Positions 29,402-38,274 are shown, counted from the stretch's first letter. The stretch: DNA of 64,000 bases from an uncultured Candidatus Saccharibacteria bacterium (GCA_964453135.1 CAYVOL010000002.1:55094-119093), one strand, 5' to 3'. The notes: generated from the sequence alone by a model not told the origin. Program-made: numbers and translations.

Positions 29402-30613
29402 ATGAATAAGGCTTTCACCCTCATAGAACTTCTGATAGTTATTGCCATCTTGGCTATATTAGCCACGGTAATTACTTTAGCCATCAACCCCATAGAATAC
29501 TTCAAACAAACCAGAGATGCCAAAAGAATGGCGGAACTCAATGCCTTAAACCAAGCCCTCCAGATATACGATGCCAGCAATGTAAACATCATCAGCCAGC
29601 AATCCTCCACCACTGTCTACGTCTCTATTGCCGACCCCAATATTACTGGAAACTCCACTTCTTCCTGTTCCAATATGGGTCTTCCCTCCCTTCCCTCCAA
29701 CTACTCCTACTACTGCGTTTCCCAAGCTAATCTCAGAAAAACAGACGGCACGGGCTGGATACCTGTCAACTTCCAATCCCTGTCTTCTGGTTCTCCTTTA
29801 TCCGCCTTGCCCATTGATCCGATAAACACCACTTCTTCTGGGAATTATTATACCTATACGCAAGGAGGGAGTTGGGAATTAACTACCATCTTTGAATCCC
29901 AAAAATATATTGATAAGGCCGCGCAAGACGGCGGACCAGATTCGGCAATGTATGAAATAGGGACTAATCTTTCTCTTTCCCCGTTTGTACACGGCTTATT
30001 GGGCTATTGGCAATTAGATGAAAATAGCGGAACAATTGCAAGTGATTTGAGTGGCAATGGCCACAATGGAACATGGAATGGATCTGGCAACCATTTTGCT
30101 ACAGGGAAAGTCGGCCTTTTTGCAGGCCAATTTAATGGCAGCGACGATTATGTAAGCATAAATACGTGGCCGTCGTCTTCTCATGAGCCGCTTACTATAG
30201 GAGGATGGTTTAATGTTCTTGGGGGCGGGAATTATATGGCGGGATTAGTTGATAAAAATGCACGTTTTTCATTATTCTCCAATGCCGCTAATGGAGCAAT
30301 CGAGGTATTTGCTGGTGGCGCTATTAGTTGTGGTTATGATGAATTGTGGGCTAATAGTAAAATGTTAGTCGGATCGGGTTGGCATTTTATTTATGCTACT
30401 ATAGATTCTGCAAATAAAGTCTCTATATATTATGATGGCATATTAGATAGTTCTAAATTTTTTTGCGGAGTGCCAGAAGGTAGCAATTTGATGAATTTAG
30501 GCTTAAATCCTAATGGTAATCGTTATTTTAATGGTCAAATAGATGACGTCCGCATTTATAATCGCGCTCTTTCCGCCGCTGAAATTGCCGCCATCTATAA
30601 TGCCGAGAAATAA
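29402..30613 (+). CDS. type IV pilin-like protein fused to a C-terminal LamG/concanavalin-A-like lectin domain
   Basis: Class III signal MNKAFTLIELLIVIAILAIL with Glu+5. Shares the ...MYEIGT core with the downstream pilins. C-terminus carries the LamG hallmark GQIDDVRIYNRALSAAEI. Confidence 0.75.
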   Translation: MNKAFTLIELLIVIAILAILATVITLAINPIEYFKQTRDAKRMAELNALNQALQIYDASNVNIISQQSSTTVYVSIADPNITGNSTSSCSNMGLPSLPSNYSYYCVSQANLRKTDGTGWIPVNFQSLSSGSPLSALPIDPINTTSSGNYYTYTQGGSWELTTIFESQKYIDKAAQDGGPDSAMYEIGTNLSLSPFVHGLLGYWQLDENSGTIASDLSGNGHNGTWNGSGNHFATGKVGLFAGQFNGSDDYVSINTWPSSSHEPLTIGGWFNVLGGGNYMAGLVDKNARFSLFSNAANGAIEVFAGGAISCGYDELWANSKMLVGSGWHFIYATIDSANKVSIYYDGILDSSKFFCGVPEGSNLMNLGLNPNGNRYFNGQIDDVRIYNRALSAAEIAAIYNAEK

Positions 30614-30628
30614 CTTCTATTTTTTGCC

Positions 30629-32863
30629 CTACTCCAGTTTCAGTGAGAGAATTTTTGAGGTGCCGTCGTTGTTCATAGTGACGCCGTAAAGCACGTCCGC
30701 TGTTTCCATTATCACGCGGTTGTGGGTGATGACGATAAACTGAATCTCGCGGCAAAATTCTTTTATCAATTCGGCAAAGCGGCGGGAGTTTTTTTCGTCC
30801 AGAGGCGCGTCAATTTCGTCTAAGACCAAAAAGGGCGGGGGACTGACGGAAATCAAAGAGAATAAAGCGGCAATGGAAACAAGGCTTTTTTCTCCGCCGG
30901 ACAAAGCATCCAGGCTGTGAATCCGTTTTTTGGGCAAATTAAGCTCAATGTCTATGCCGGTATTTTCTTCCTTTTTTTCCTCCCCGGTAGTTTCAATGGA
31001 GGTCGGTGCGTTTTCTTCACTATCCATTGCATTTTGACTTTTGTCCGCCCCCGCCGCGGCGGATCGGATCGGATTTTGGATTTTCATTTTGGCGCTTCCT
31101 CCGCCGAACATCAGCCGGAAAAATTTGTTGAATTCTTCGTTAATGATTTTAAAAGAATCATTAAAACGGGAAGAGATTTCATTTTTTAATTCCGCGATGA
31201 GATTATGTAAATCCGCCAAGGCCTTTTCCAAGTCGGCTGATTGATTTGTTAAATAATCACAGTGCGCTTCCACCTCTTTTGCTTCCCGGATAAGCGCGTC
31301 GTCTATTTCGCCGATGCTCATCAGCTCGTTTTTTAAGCGAAGAATCTTTCTTTCCAGTTCTTGCCAGTCAGCGGTATTGTCAATAAAGGCGGGGCCCAAT
31401 TTGGAGAAATCTTCTTCGGTTCTTCCATTGGCCAGCCAATCGTTTTTGATATCTCCAATGCGTTCTTCCAATTTTTTATTTTCAAACAAAAGATAATTTT
31501 TTTTGTTTTCCTGCGCTCGGATTTCTTCTTTTTGCTCCTCTTTTAGTTCAAAAGCTTTCCGGAATTGTTCGTTGAAATTTTCCAGATTTTTTTCCAGGGA
31601 TTCTTCGCGCGTTTTAATTTCTTGGATATCTTTTTCTATCAACGAGAGTTGTTCGGAAATTTTTATTTTTTCTTTGTTGAGGTTTTCTAGTTCTGGCTTT
31701 GGAGAAGCGTCAGTTGTCGGACGCCGGAAGAAATCGTCTATTTTTTTAATGAGCGATTTTAAGGAGGAAATGATTTGGGAATGGTCGTTTGCGTTTAATT
31801 TGTCTTCCATCTGCTGGCGGATGTCTTTCAAAAGATTGATTAAATCGCCGGCGGGGAATTGTTGTTCTTTTTCAGGAGTTTTTTGAGTTATTATTTCTAT
31901 GCGCGCTTCAATTTTTCCCAATTCGCGCTGGAGAGATGATTGCCGTCCGGCTAATTCTTCTTTTTCATTTCTTAAAATAGAATGTTCGTTTTTGACAATT
32001 GCTTGAGATTCTATTTTTTTTAGCTCAGCGGACAAAGTGGTCAACTTTTTATTTTGTTCGGCGATAATTTGTTCGTATTCTTGCGCCGAGCGGTTATTGC
32101 CGCTGATGTCTTTTTTTATGCCGGCAATTTTATGGCTGAAATAAATGTTTTCCGCCTGGAGAAGCTCTTCTTTTTTTTGGTCGCGCAGTTCGTAGCGCGC
32201 CACTTGTTTTTTGAGCGTTTTTAAGCGCGGTAAAACCTCTTCCAGCATCAATTTCACTTTTTCCAAATTGAGCGCGGTGGCTTTTAATTTTCTTTCCGCC
32301 TCGGCTCTTTTCAGCTGGTATTCTTTTAATCCTAAAATTTCTTCCACCATCTGTCGGCGTTCTTCCGGCGCGGCTTTCACGAATAAGTCGCTGGAGCCTT
32401 GATTGATGATAGCGATGCCTTTGGCTCCCAATCTAGAGCGGGCGAAAAAATCAATCACGTCTTTGGCGCGGGATTCTGATTTGTTGATAAAATAATTGGA
32501 ATTGCCGTCGCGGGAAACTTCGCGGCTGACAGTTACTTCCTCAAATTCTAACGGGAAGGTTTTGGAGCGGTTGTCAAAAGAAATCGCCACTTGCGCCAGG
32601 CTGGCGCGCGTTTTTTGGGGCGTGCCGGCGAAAATCAAATCTTCCGCCTTGCTCCCCCGCAAGTTTTTCGTTTCCCGCTCGCCTAAAATCCAGCGGATGG
32701 AGTCGGTTAGATTGGATTTCCCGCTTCCGTTGGGGCCGACAATCGCCGTGATGCCTTTGGGAAATTCCAAAATTGTTTTTTGAGCGAATGATTTAAAGCC
32801 GTTGAGCTCTAAAGATTTGAGATGCATTAGGTCAAATTTAGAGCATTTTTTAATGGTTGACAA
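30629..32863 (-). CDS. smc: SMC-family chromosome segregation ATPase, unusually short (744 aa)
   Basis: N-terminal LKSLELNGFKSFAQKTILEFPKGITAIVGPNGSGKSNLTDSIRWILGE. C-terminal LSGGEKSLVSIAALF...LVLDEIDAPLD...QFIVITHNRVIMETADVLYGVTM. Long coiled-coil middle. Confidence 0.8.
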   Translation of the reverse strand: MSTIKKCSKFDLMHLKSLELNGFKSFAQKTILEFPKGITAIVGPNGSGKSNLTDSIRWILGERETKNLRGSKAEDLIFAGTPQKTRASLAQVAISFDNRSKTFPLEFEEVTVSREVSRDGNSNYFINKSESRAKDVIDFFARSRLGAKGIAIINQGSSDLFVKAAPEERRQMVEEILGLKEYQLKRAEAERKLKATALNLEKVKLMLEEVLPRLKTLKKQVARYELRDQKKEELLQAENIYFSHKIAGIKKDISGNNRSAQEYEQIIAEQNKKLTTLSAELKKIESQAIVKNEHSILRNEKEELAGRQSSLQRELGKIEARIEIITQKTPEKEQQFPAGDLINLLKDIRQQMEDKLNANDHSQIISSLKSLIKKIDDFFRRPTTDASPKPELENLNKEKIKISEQLSLIEKDIQEIKTREESLEKNLENFNEQFRKAFELKEEQKEEIRAQENKKNYLLFENKKLEERIGDIKNDWLANGRTEEDFSKLGPAFIDNTADWQELERKILRLKNELMSIGEIDDALIREAKEVEAHCDYLTNQSADLEKALADLHNLIAELKNEISSRFNDSFKIINEEFNKFFRLMFGGGSAKMKIQNPIRSAAAGADKSQNAMDSEENAPTSIETTGEEKKEENTGIDIELNLPKKRIHSLDALSGGEKSLVSIAALFSLISVSPPPFLVLDEIDAPLDEKNSRRFAELIKEFCREIQFIVITHNRVIMETADVLYGVTMNNDGTSKILSLKLE

Positions 32864-32948
32864 GAGAGAGAGAGAGTAAGATGTAATTAATAAAAATTAA
32901 AGGTCGCAGAGTTTACAAAAAGGGTCGCGAAAAAATAACTTAAAAAAT

Positions 32949-33656
32949 ATGGAAAAGTTTGATAGGGAAAGTTTTGAGGAATTGACTACGCAACACGAAA
33001 AAGAAAAGAAAGAATTTATTGATAAGGCGCATGGAGAGGCGTTGGAACATGAAGAATCTTTAAAACATGAAGACAAATTAAACGAAGAAGCATTGGAAAG
33101 GGCAAAAAGATTAGAAGCCCAGGAGGGGGATATTAAAGAAAGAATGGAAGAGTTAAAAGAAGGTCTTCCGAGGGTTGTAGCAAGATACTTTGAGCATGAT
33201 CCTGATAGGATTTTTAGTTATGGCTTCAGCAATGCCTTTTGGTACAATACCAAGGATGGAAGTACCGGCTGTTATCAAACAGGGTTGGGAGGAGATTATA
33301 AAAGAGATCGAGAGCGTATTGAAAGCAATTCCGATATTGAAGTTATAGATAGTCAGTCCCTACATATGAACCAAAAACACATTGAAGAACAAATTGTTGA
33401 TTTGGAGGAAGATTATAAAATGGGTAGAATTAAGGAAACCGATTATAAAAGCATGAGAAAAGATTTAGAAATAGAACTCAAGGAATGTTATCCAAATTGG
33501 TGGTATCTATCCGATTTAGAAGCAAAAATCCGATATTTTAAAGAGCACAGACTTCCCTTGACAAGAAAAGGTATTGAAGAACTTAAAAAAGAAAGATCGT
33601 CACCCAACGAAAGGGTGTATTTAGAATTTTACTTTTCTCATCAGTCGATATTGTAG
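32949..33656 (+). CDS. hypothetical protein (charged coiled-coil N-terminus, Trp/Tyr-rich C-terminus)
   Basis: Long ORF, strongly AT-rich. No recognisable domain. Confidence 0.4.
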   Translation: MEKFDRESFEELTTQHEKEKKEFIDKAHGEALEHEESLKHEDKLNEEALERAKRLEAQEGDIKERMEELKEGLPRVVARYFEHDPDRIFSYGFSNAFWYNTKDGSTGCYQTGLGGDYKRDRERIESNSDIEVIDSQSLHMNQKHIEEQIVDLEEDYKMGRIKETDYKSMRKDLEIELKECYPNWWYLSDLEAKIRYFKEHRLPLTRKGIEELKKERSSPNERVYLEFYFSHQSIL

Positions 33657-33689
33657 GAGTGAATAAAAAGGGATGTTTATATAAAAAAT

Positions 33690-34004
33690 ATGTACGAATC
33701 ACTAGAACAACCAAATCAAAAAAAAGAATTAGGGATTAATTGGCATGATGGTAATCAAGCAGACTACTATCATTTAGGAGGTGGTATGGATAGAGATGGC
33801 AAACATTTTGAAGCAGAATCAGAATTATTTATCTCTAAGGATAGAAAATATATTCTAGTCATGTCTCAGGATAAAGCCAAGCTGGATGAAGGATCTGGGT
33901 TGGATATAGAATATGAAGGACTTCTGTCCAACGCGCCAGAAAGCGTCAAAAGAACACTAGAATACTATAAGAATGATTTAGTTCGAGAGGATATAATAAT
34001 TTGA
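33690..34004 (+). CDS. hypothetical protein
   Basis: 104-aa ORF following the previous one. No recognisable domain. Confidence 0.35.
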   Translation: MYESLEQPNQKKELGINWHDGNQADYYHLGGGMDRDGKHFEAESELFISKDRKYILVMSQDKAKLDEGSGLDIEYEGLLSNAPESVKRTLEYYKNDLVREDIII

Positions 34005-34094
34005 CGCGCGCGGGAAAATTGAAAACGCATTAAAATGGCCACGTGATGAGGCAATAAAAAAGTCGAGGAATGGCATTTGAAGTTAATAAAATGG

Positions 34095-34787
34095 TTACCC
34101 CCCGCTGATTTTTTGTAAGGCGTCCTGGGCTGCCTCGGTTTCTGCTTCCTGTTTGGAAAATCCTTTGCCCGTGCCGCTGATTTTGTCTCCGAAGTAAACC
34201 GCCACGGTGAAAATTTTTTGATGGTCTGGCCCTTCTTCTTTTAAGACAGAATACGAAGGGGTTAGTTTTAATTTTTCCTGAATAATTTCCTGCAGTAAGC
34301 TTTTCGGGTCTTTGTAGGTTTTGTTTTTGATTACTTCCGGCACAAGAGAGAGGATGTGGTTTTTGATGAAGCAAGATGTTTTTTCGTAGCCGGCGTCCAA
34401 GTAAGCGGCGCCGATAACCGCTTCCAGGGCATTGGCTAAAATGACTTCTTTCGCCCGGCCGGAATCTTTTTCTTCTCCGCGGGAAAGGTAAATGAAGGTT
34501 TCTAAATTGATGCTTTTCGCCACTTTTGCCAGAGTCTGATAATTAACAATCGCGGCGCGAATGCCGGTAAGCTCCCCTTCGGAGTATTGCGGGTAGCTTT
34601 GAAAAAGATTTTCCGTGGTTGTCAGCTCTAAAACAGCGTCTCCCAAAAATTCCAGTCTTTCATTATGGGGAGTTTCCCAGTCGGGGTTTTCATTAAGATA
34701 AGAGCGGTGAGTGAGCGCTTCTTTGAGCAGTTGTTTGCTATTAAACTCAATGCCGATTTTGTTTTCTAAATTCGATAATTCCACCAA
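34095..34787 (-). CDS. rnc: ribonuclease III
   Basis: Signature ERLEFLGDAVLE, C-terminal dsRBD. Probable TTG/GTG start. Confidence 0.9.
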   Translation of the reverse strand: MVELSNLENKIGIEFNSKQLLKEALTHRSYLNENPDWETPHNERLEFLGDAVLELTTTENLFQSYPQYSEGELTGIRAAIVNYQTLAKVAKSINLETFIYLSRGEEKDSGRAKEVILANALEAVIGAAYLDAGYEKTSCFIKNHILSLVPEVIKNKTYKDPKSLLQEIIQEKLKLTPSYSVLKEEGPDHQKIFTVAVYFGDKISGTGKGFSKQEAETEAAQDALQKISGG

Positions 34788-34916
34788 ATTAAATAATTTA
34801 GGATTTAGGATATAGAATTTAGGCCATTATTTCCGCGAGAAAGCCAACTCCTAAATTCTAAATTCTAATTCCTAACTATAAATAATTCTGTATTCTAACT
34901 TCTAAATTACTAAATC

Positions 34917-35351
34917 TTATTTTGATTCCATTTCTTTATACAATGTTCCCAAAACGCCGTTGACGAATTTTGGGGAATTGGGGCCGCCGAAATTTTTCGC
35001 CAGCTCAATGGCTTCATTGATGGCTACCTTTCTTGGTACTTCGTTTATATCGGAATAAAGCAATTCGTACAATCCGAGGCGCAAGACATTCCTGTCTATA
35101 ACGGGAATTTGTTCTATGGGCCATTGGGGAGCGGATTTTTTAATAAGTTCGTTTAATCCCGGCAAGTGGGAAATGATTCCGTGGATAAGGCGCCAGGCGA
35201 ATTCCGGTTCGTCGATGCCCTCGCCCATTTCTTTTAAGTTTCTCTCCACTATTTTAATTAAGTCTTCTTTCTGCTGATAAAAATCCCACTCGTAGAGCGA
35301 TTGTATAATTATGGAGCGGATAAGATGTCGAGTAGCCATTAATAATGCCAA
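34917..35351 (-). CDS. nusB: transcription antitermination factor NusB
   Basis: [15 protein letters not shown]... [28 protein letters not shown] matches NusB. Confidence 0.8.
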   Translation of the reverse strand: MALLMATRHLIRSIIIQSLYEWDFYQQKEDLIKIVERNLKEMGEGIDEPEFAWRLIHGIISHLPGLNELIKKSAPQWPIEQIPVIDRNVLRLGLYELLYSDINEVPRKVAINEAIELAKNFGGPNSPKFVNGVLGTLYKEMESK

Positions 35352-35406
35352 CCGGCGAATTTATGCGAACGCCGCGAACATCAACGGATGTATTGTTAAA
35401 TCAGCA

Positions 35407-35601
35407 TCACTTCTTGACTTTGAGCTTCTTTTCTTTAACAGTCCTTCCCTGGTATTTTCCGCAGTTGGCGCAGTAGCGGTGAGGAAGAATAGGATGTCCG
35501 CAATGAGGGCAGACAAAAATTTTAGCCGGGTTAAGGGCTAAGTGAGAACGACGCCGTCCGACTTTTGATTTAGAATGATGTTTTACGGGAACGCCACCCA
35601 T
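35407..35601 (-). CDS. rpmF: 50S ribosomal protein L32 (zinc-ribbon form)
   Basis: HHSKSKVGRRRSH...CPHCGHPILPHRYCANCGKYQG matches the L32 pattern. Confidence 0.8.
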   Translation of the reverse strand: MGGVPVKHHSKSKVGRRRSHLALNPAKIFVCPHCGHPILPHRYCANCGKYQGRTVKEKKLKVKK

Positions 35602-35789
35602 TTTCTTGTATCGTGTATCGTGAAATGTAAGCCATAAATTTTATGGAATAAATTTCAAAATACGCGATTTTATGCCATTGTAATGATTTGGCGTTAAAAA
35701 GTCAATTGTGATAGAGTAAATTGTAGGAAATCCCGAGTGTGGTTTGTATTTCGGAACATCGGCTATTGGCATTCCCGACGTCCATCCTT

Positions 35790-35883
35790 GTCATTCTGAA
35801 TCCGCCAGCTGGCGGAGAAGAATCTTGTTAGATCCTTCGCCCCGCTAAGCGGGGCTCAGGATGACAAAAACGTTCAGGATGAC
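35790..35883. repeat. MITE-like intergenic repeat, copy A (module 1 hairpin TCCGCC-n-GGCGGA, module 2 hairpin CCCCGC-n-GCGGGG, GTCATTCTGAA / CTCAGGATGAC termini)
   Basis: gtcattctgaatccgccagctggcggagaagaatcttgttagatccttcgccccgctaagcggggctcaggatgac. Homologous to copies at 53026-53070, 57963-58015 (inverted) and 62237-62379. Confidence 0.7.
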
Positions 35884-35940
35884 AATAAAGACGAAAAGCG
35901 TAAACAACGCTGCGGTATTTTACGAATAACTTTATAACTT

Positions 35941-36924
35941 ATGAAGCGGATAACTTTGAAAAATTCTAAAGAAGATTCTTTTTTGGAAAATTTGTTAAGA
36001 CCGAGCCGATGGAGCGACTACATCGGCCAGGAAAAAATTAAAAATAATCTGCAGATTATGATTAAAGCCGCCGGGAAACGAGGGGAACTGCCGGACCATT
36101 TGTTGTTTTACGGGCCTCAAGGATTAGGGAAGACCACTCTGGCTCATTTGATAGCCAAAGAGGCCGGGGCGAATTTGCGGGTAATTTCCGGCGTTAATTT
36201 GGAAAGAGCCGGAGATTTAGCCGCGGTCTTAGCTAATTTAGAGGAGGGCGATCTGCTTTTTATTGACGAGGCACATCGTTTAAACCGGCTGATTGAGGAA
36301 ATGCTTTATCCGGCAATGGAGATGAGAAAGTTGTATTTGACCGTGGGCAAAGGACCGGCGGCGCGAATGATGGCTTTGGATTTGCCTCCGTTTACCCTAA
36401 TCGCCGCCACTACACGATTAAATTTGTTGTCTGCGCCGCTGCGCTCGCGCTTCGGGGCGGTTTTCGGTTTGAATTATTACGCTTTGCCGGAAATGGAGAG
36501 TATAATCTTGAGATCAGCGGAAATTTTAAAAATAAATTTAGACAAGGAAGCGGTTAGCATTGTCGCCCAAGCGTCGCGGTTTACTCCGCGCATCGCCAAC
36601 CGTCTCTTAAGGCGTTTGCGCGACTACGCCGAAGTAAGCAATCTAGAGTTAATAAACAAAGAAACCGCGGAGCTGGTTTTGAAAATGTTTGACATTGACC
36701 AGCGCGGTTTGGAAAAAGGCGACCGCCAGATTTTGGAAATAATAATCGATAAATTTAAAGGAGGGCCGGTAGGCCTTAATACTTTGGCGGCCGTGATGGG
36801 GGAGGACAGTTCAATCATAGAAGAAATTTATGAGCCGTTTTTGATTAGATTGGGTTTTTTACAAATAACTTCGGCGGGACGAAAAACAACCGAGGAAGCC
36901 AAGAAACATTTGCGGGCGCGTTAA
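35941..36924 (+). CDS. ruvB: Holliday junction branch migration ATPase RuvB
   Basis: Walker A GPQGLGKTTLA, LFIDEAHRL, sensor and C-terminal winged helix. 327 aa. Confidence 0.9.
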   Translation: MKRITLKNSKEDSFLENLLRPSRWSDYIGQEKIKNNLQIMIKAAGKRGELPDHLLFYGPQGLGKTTLAHLIAKEAGANLRVISGVNLERAGDLAAVLANLEEGDLLFIDEAHRLNRLIEEMLYPAMEMRKLYLTVGKGPAARMMALDLPPFTLIAATTRLNLLSAPLRSRFGAVFGLNYYALPEMESIILRSAEILKINLDKEAVSIVAQASRFTPRIANRLLRRLRDYAEVSNLELINKETAELVLKMFDIDQRGLEKGDRQILEIIIDKFKGGPVGLNTLAAVMGEDSSIIEEIYEPFLIRLGFLQITSAGRKTTEEAKKHLRAR

Positions 36925-36961
36925 ATAATTCTGGCTCGCCATTCATCTTTTGAAAAACTGC

Positions 36962-36989
36962 TTGCTTTTTTGATTTTCTTGGCTATAAT
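36962..36989 (+). promoter_or_regulatory. candidate promoter for rpsB-tsf
   Basis: TTGCTT, 16-nt spacer, TATAAT (36984-89). 36 nt upstream of the rpsB ATG. Confidence 0.3.
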
Positions 36990-37025
36990 GTTTATGCGCT
37001 AAAAAATAGTGTTATTTTATTTTTT

Positions 37026-37784
37026 ATGTCGGAAATTAATAATAATCAAACAAATATTTCGTCAGACGAAGAAACCCCAAAAGAAGATTTTAGCGGAGGC
37101 GATTTGGACAGCTTGAAAGAAATGGCGCAAGCCGGAGTGATGTATGGCCACAAGAAAACCAAAACCCACCCGCGCTTCAAGCCGTTTGTTTATCTTAACC
37201 GCAACGGCATAGAAATCATTGATTTGAGCAAATCTTTCGGTTCCGCGATAAAAGCGGCGGACTTTTTGAAAAAGAAAATTTCCGAAGGCAGGATCGTTCT
37301 TTTGGTGGCTACCCAGCCGGCGGCCTGGGAAGCGGTTGATATCTTAGCTGAAAAGTACAAGTTTCCGTTTATTAAAAATAAATGGATCGGAGGCCTGTTG
37401 ACCAATTTCAAGGTTGTTTATCAGCGCTTGGAATATTATCGGAAAATAAAAAGCGATTTGGAGAAAGGAGCGCTGGATAAGTATACCAAGAAAGAAAGAG
37501 CGATGATTAGCAAGAATATCGACCGTTTAGGAAAAATGTTTGCGGGACTGGATAATTTGACCAAAATGCCGGATGTTATTTTTTTGGTGGACTTGGCGAT
37601 TAAAGGACACAAAACCGCTTTAAGAGAGGCGCGGCTGAATAAAATTCCGGTAGTGGCTATATTGGATAGCGACGATAATCCTGATTTGGTTGATTATCCC
37701 ATAATAGCCAATGACCACTCTAAGATGAGTATTCAGTGGATTGTTAATAAAATTGACCAGCAACTGCTGGCCGGAAAAGATTAG
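37026..37784 (+). CDS. rpsB: 30S ribosomal protein S2
   Basis: [24 protein letters not shown]...NGIEIIDL, conserved S2 core. Confidence 0.9.
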   Translation: MSEINNNQTNISSDEETPKEDFSGGDLDSLKEMAQAGVMYGHKKTKTHPRFKPFVYLNRNGIEIIDLSKSFGSAIKAADFLKKKISEGRIVLLVATQPAAWEAVDILAEKYKFPFIKNKWIGGLLTNFKVVYQRLEYYRKIKSDLEKGALDKYTKKERAMISKNIDRLGKMFAGLDNLTKMPDVIFLVDLAIKGHKTALREARLNKIPVVAILDSDDNPDLVDYPIIANDHSKMSIQWIVNKIDQQLLAGKD

Positions 37785-37827
37785 TCATAGAAAAAGAATA
37801 AAATTTCCAGCGCGGGAAGATTTCAAT

Positions 37828-38274
37828 ATGGTTAATGGCGACACAATTAAAAATTTGCGGGAAACAACTGGCGCCGGCGTGATAGAATGCAAAAAGGCGC
37901 TGGAAGAATCCGGGGGGGACATTGAAAAAGCTAAGAGCATTATCTACGAAAGAGGTTTGGCGCGCGCCGAACGGAAAAAAGAAAGAACCACCGGAGCGGG
38001 ATTGCTGGAAACCTATATTCACAACGGACGCGTGGGCGTGCTTTTGGAGCTTCGCTGCGAGACGGATTTTGTGGCGCGCAATGAAAATTTCAAAGAATTG
38101 GCTCATAACGTCGCCATGCATATTGCCGCGATGAATCCTCAAGACGCGGAAAATCTTTTAGAACAGCCTTTTATTAAAAACGATTCTCAAACAATCGGCG
38201 ATTTGATAAAAGATTTTATCGGACGGTCGGGAGAGAACGTCAAAGTGGAAAGATTTTGCCGCTACGAAGTTTAA
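37828..38274 (+). CDS. tsf: elongation factor Ts (short form)
   Basis: [32 protein letters not shown]-like N-terminus and TDFVARNE core. The ORF-track start at 37741 is upstream of the conserved N-terminus; ATG at 37828 chosen. Confidence 0.8.
   Translation: MVNGDTIKNLRETTGAGVIECKKALEESGGDIEKAKSIIYERGLARAERKKERTTGAGLLETYIHNGRVGVLLELRCETDFVARNENFKELAHNVAMHIAAMNPQDAENLLEQPFIKNDSQTIGDLIKDFIGRSGENVKVERFCRYEV

Noticed and set aside
29395-29776. Minus-strand ORFs 29395..29613 and 29546..29776 plus 29628..29825 + opposite or within the pilin-lectin gene
   Set aside because: Spurious. The plus-strand frame encodes a canonical prepilin leader and conserved pilin core.
30917-32783. Plus-strand ORFs (30917.., 31041.., 31314.., 31361.., 31503.., 32211.., 32496..) inside smc
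   Set aside because: Antisense to SMC in a region of low-complexity coiled-coil codons. Typical shadow frames.
34795-34916. Possible CRISPR-like array from reiterated ttctaa/tttagga units
   Set aside because: Units are 6-7 nt, irregular, AT-only, with no spacers and no cas genes. Interpreted instead as the rnc leader inverted repeat.
37741-37827. ORF-track start of tsf at 37741 ([13 protein letters not shown]...) overlapping the rpsB end
   Set aside because: The N-terminal extension has no EF-Ts similarity and overlaps rpsB. The conserved EF-Ts N-terminus begins at the ATG at 37828.
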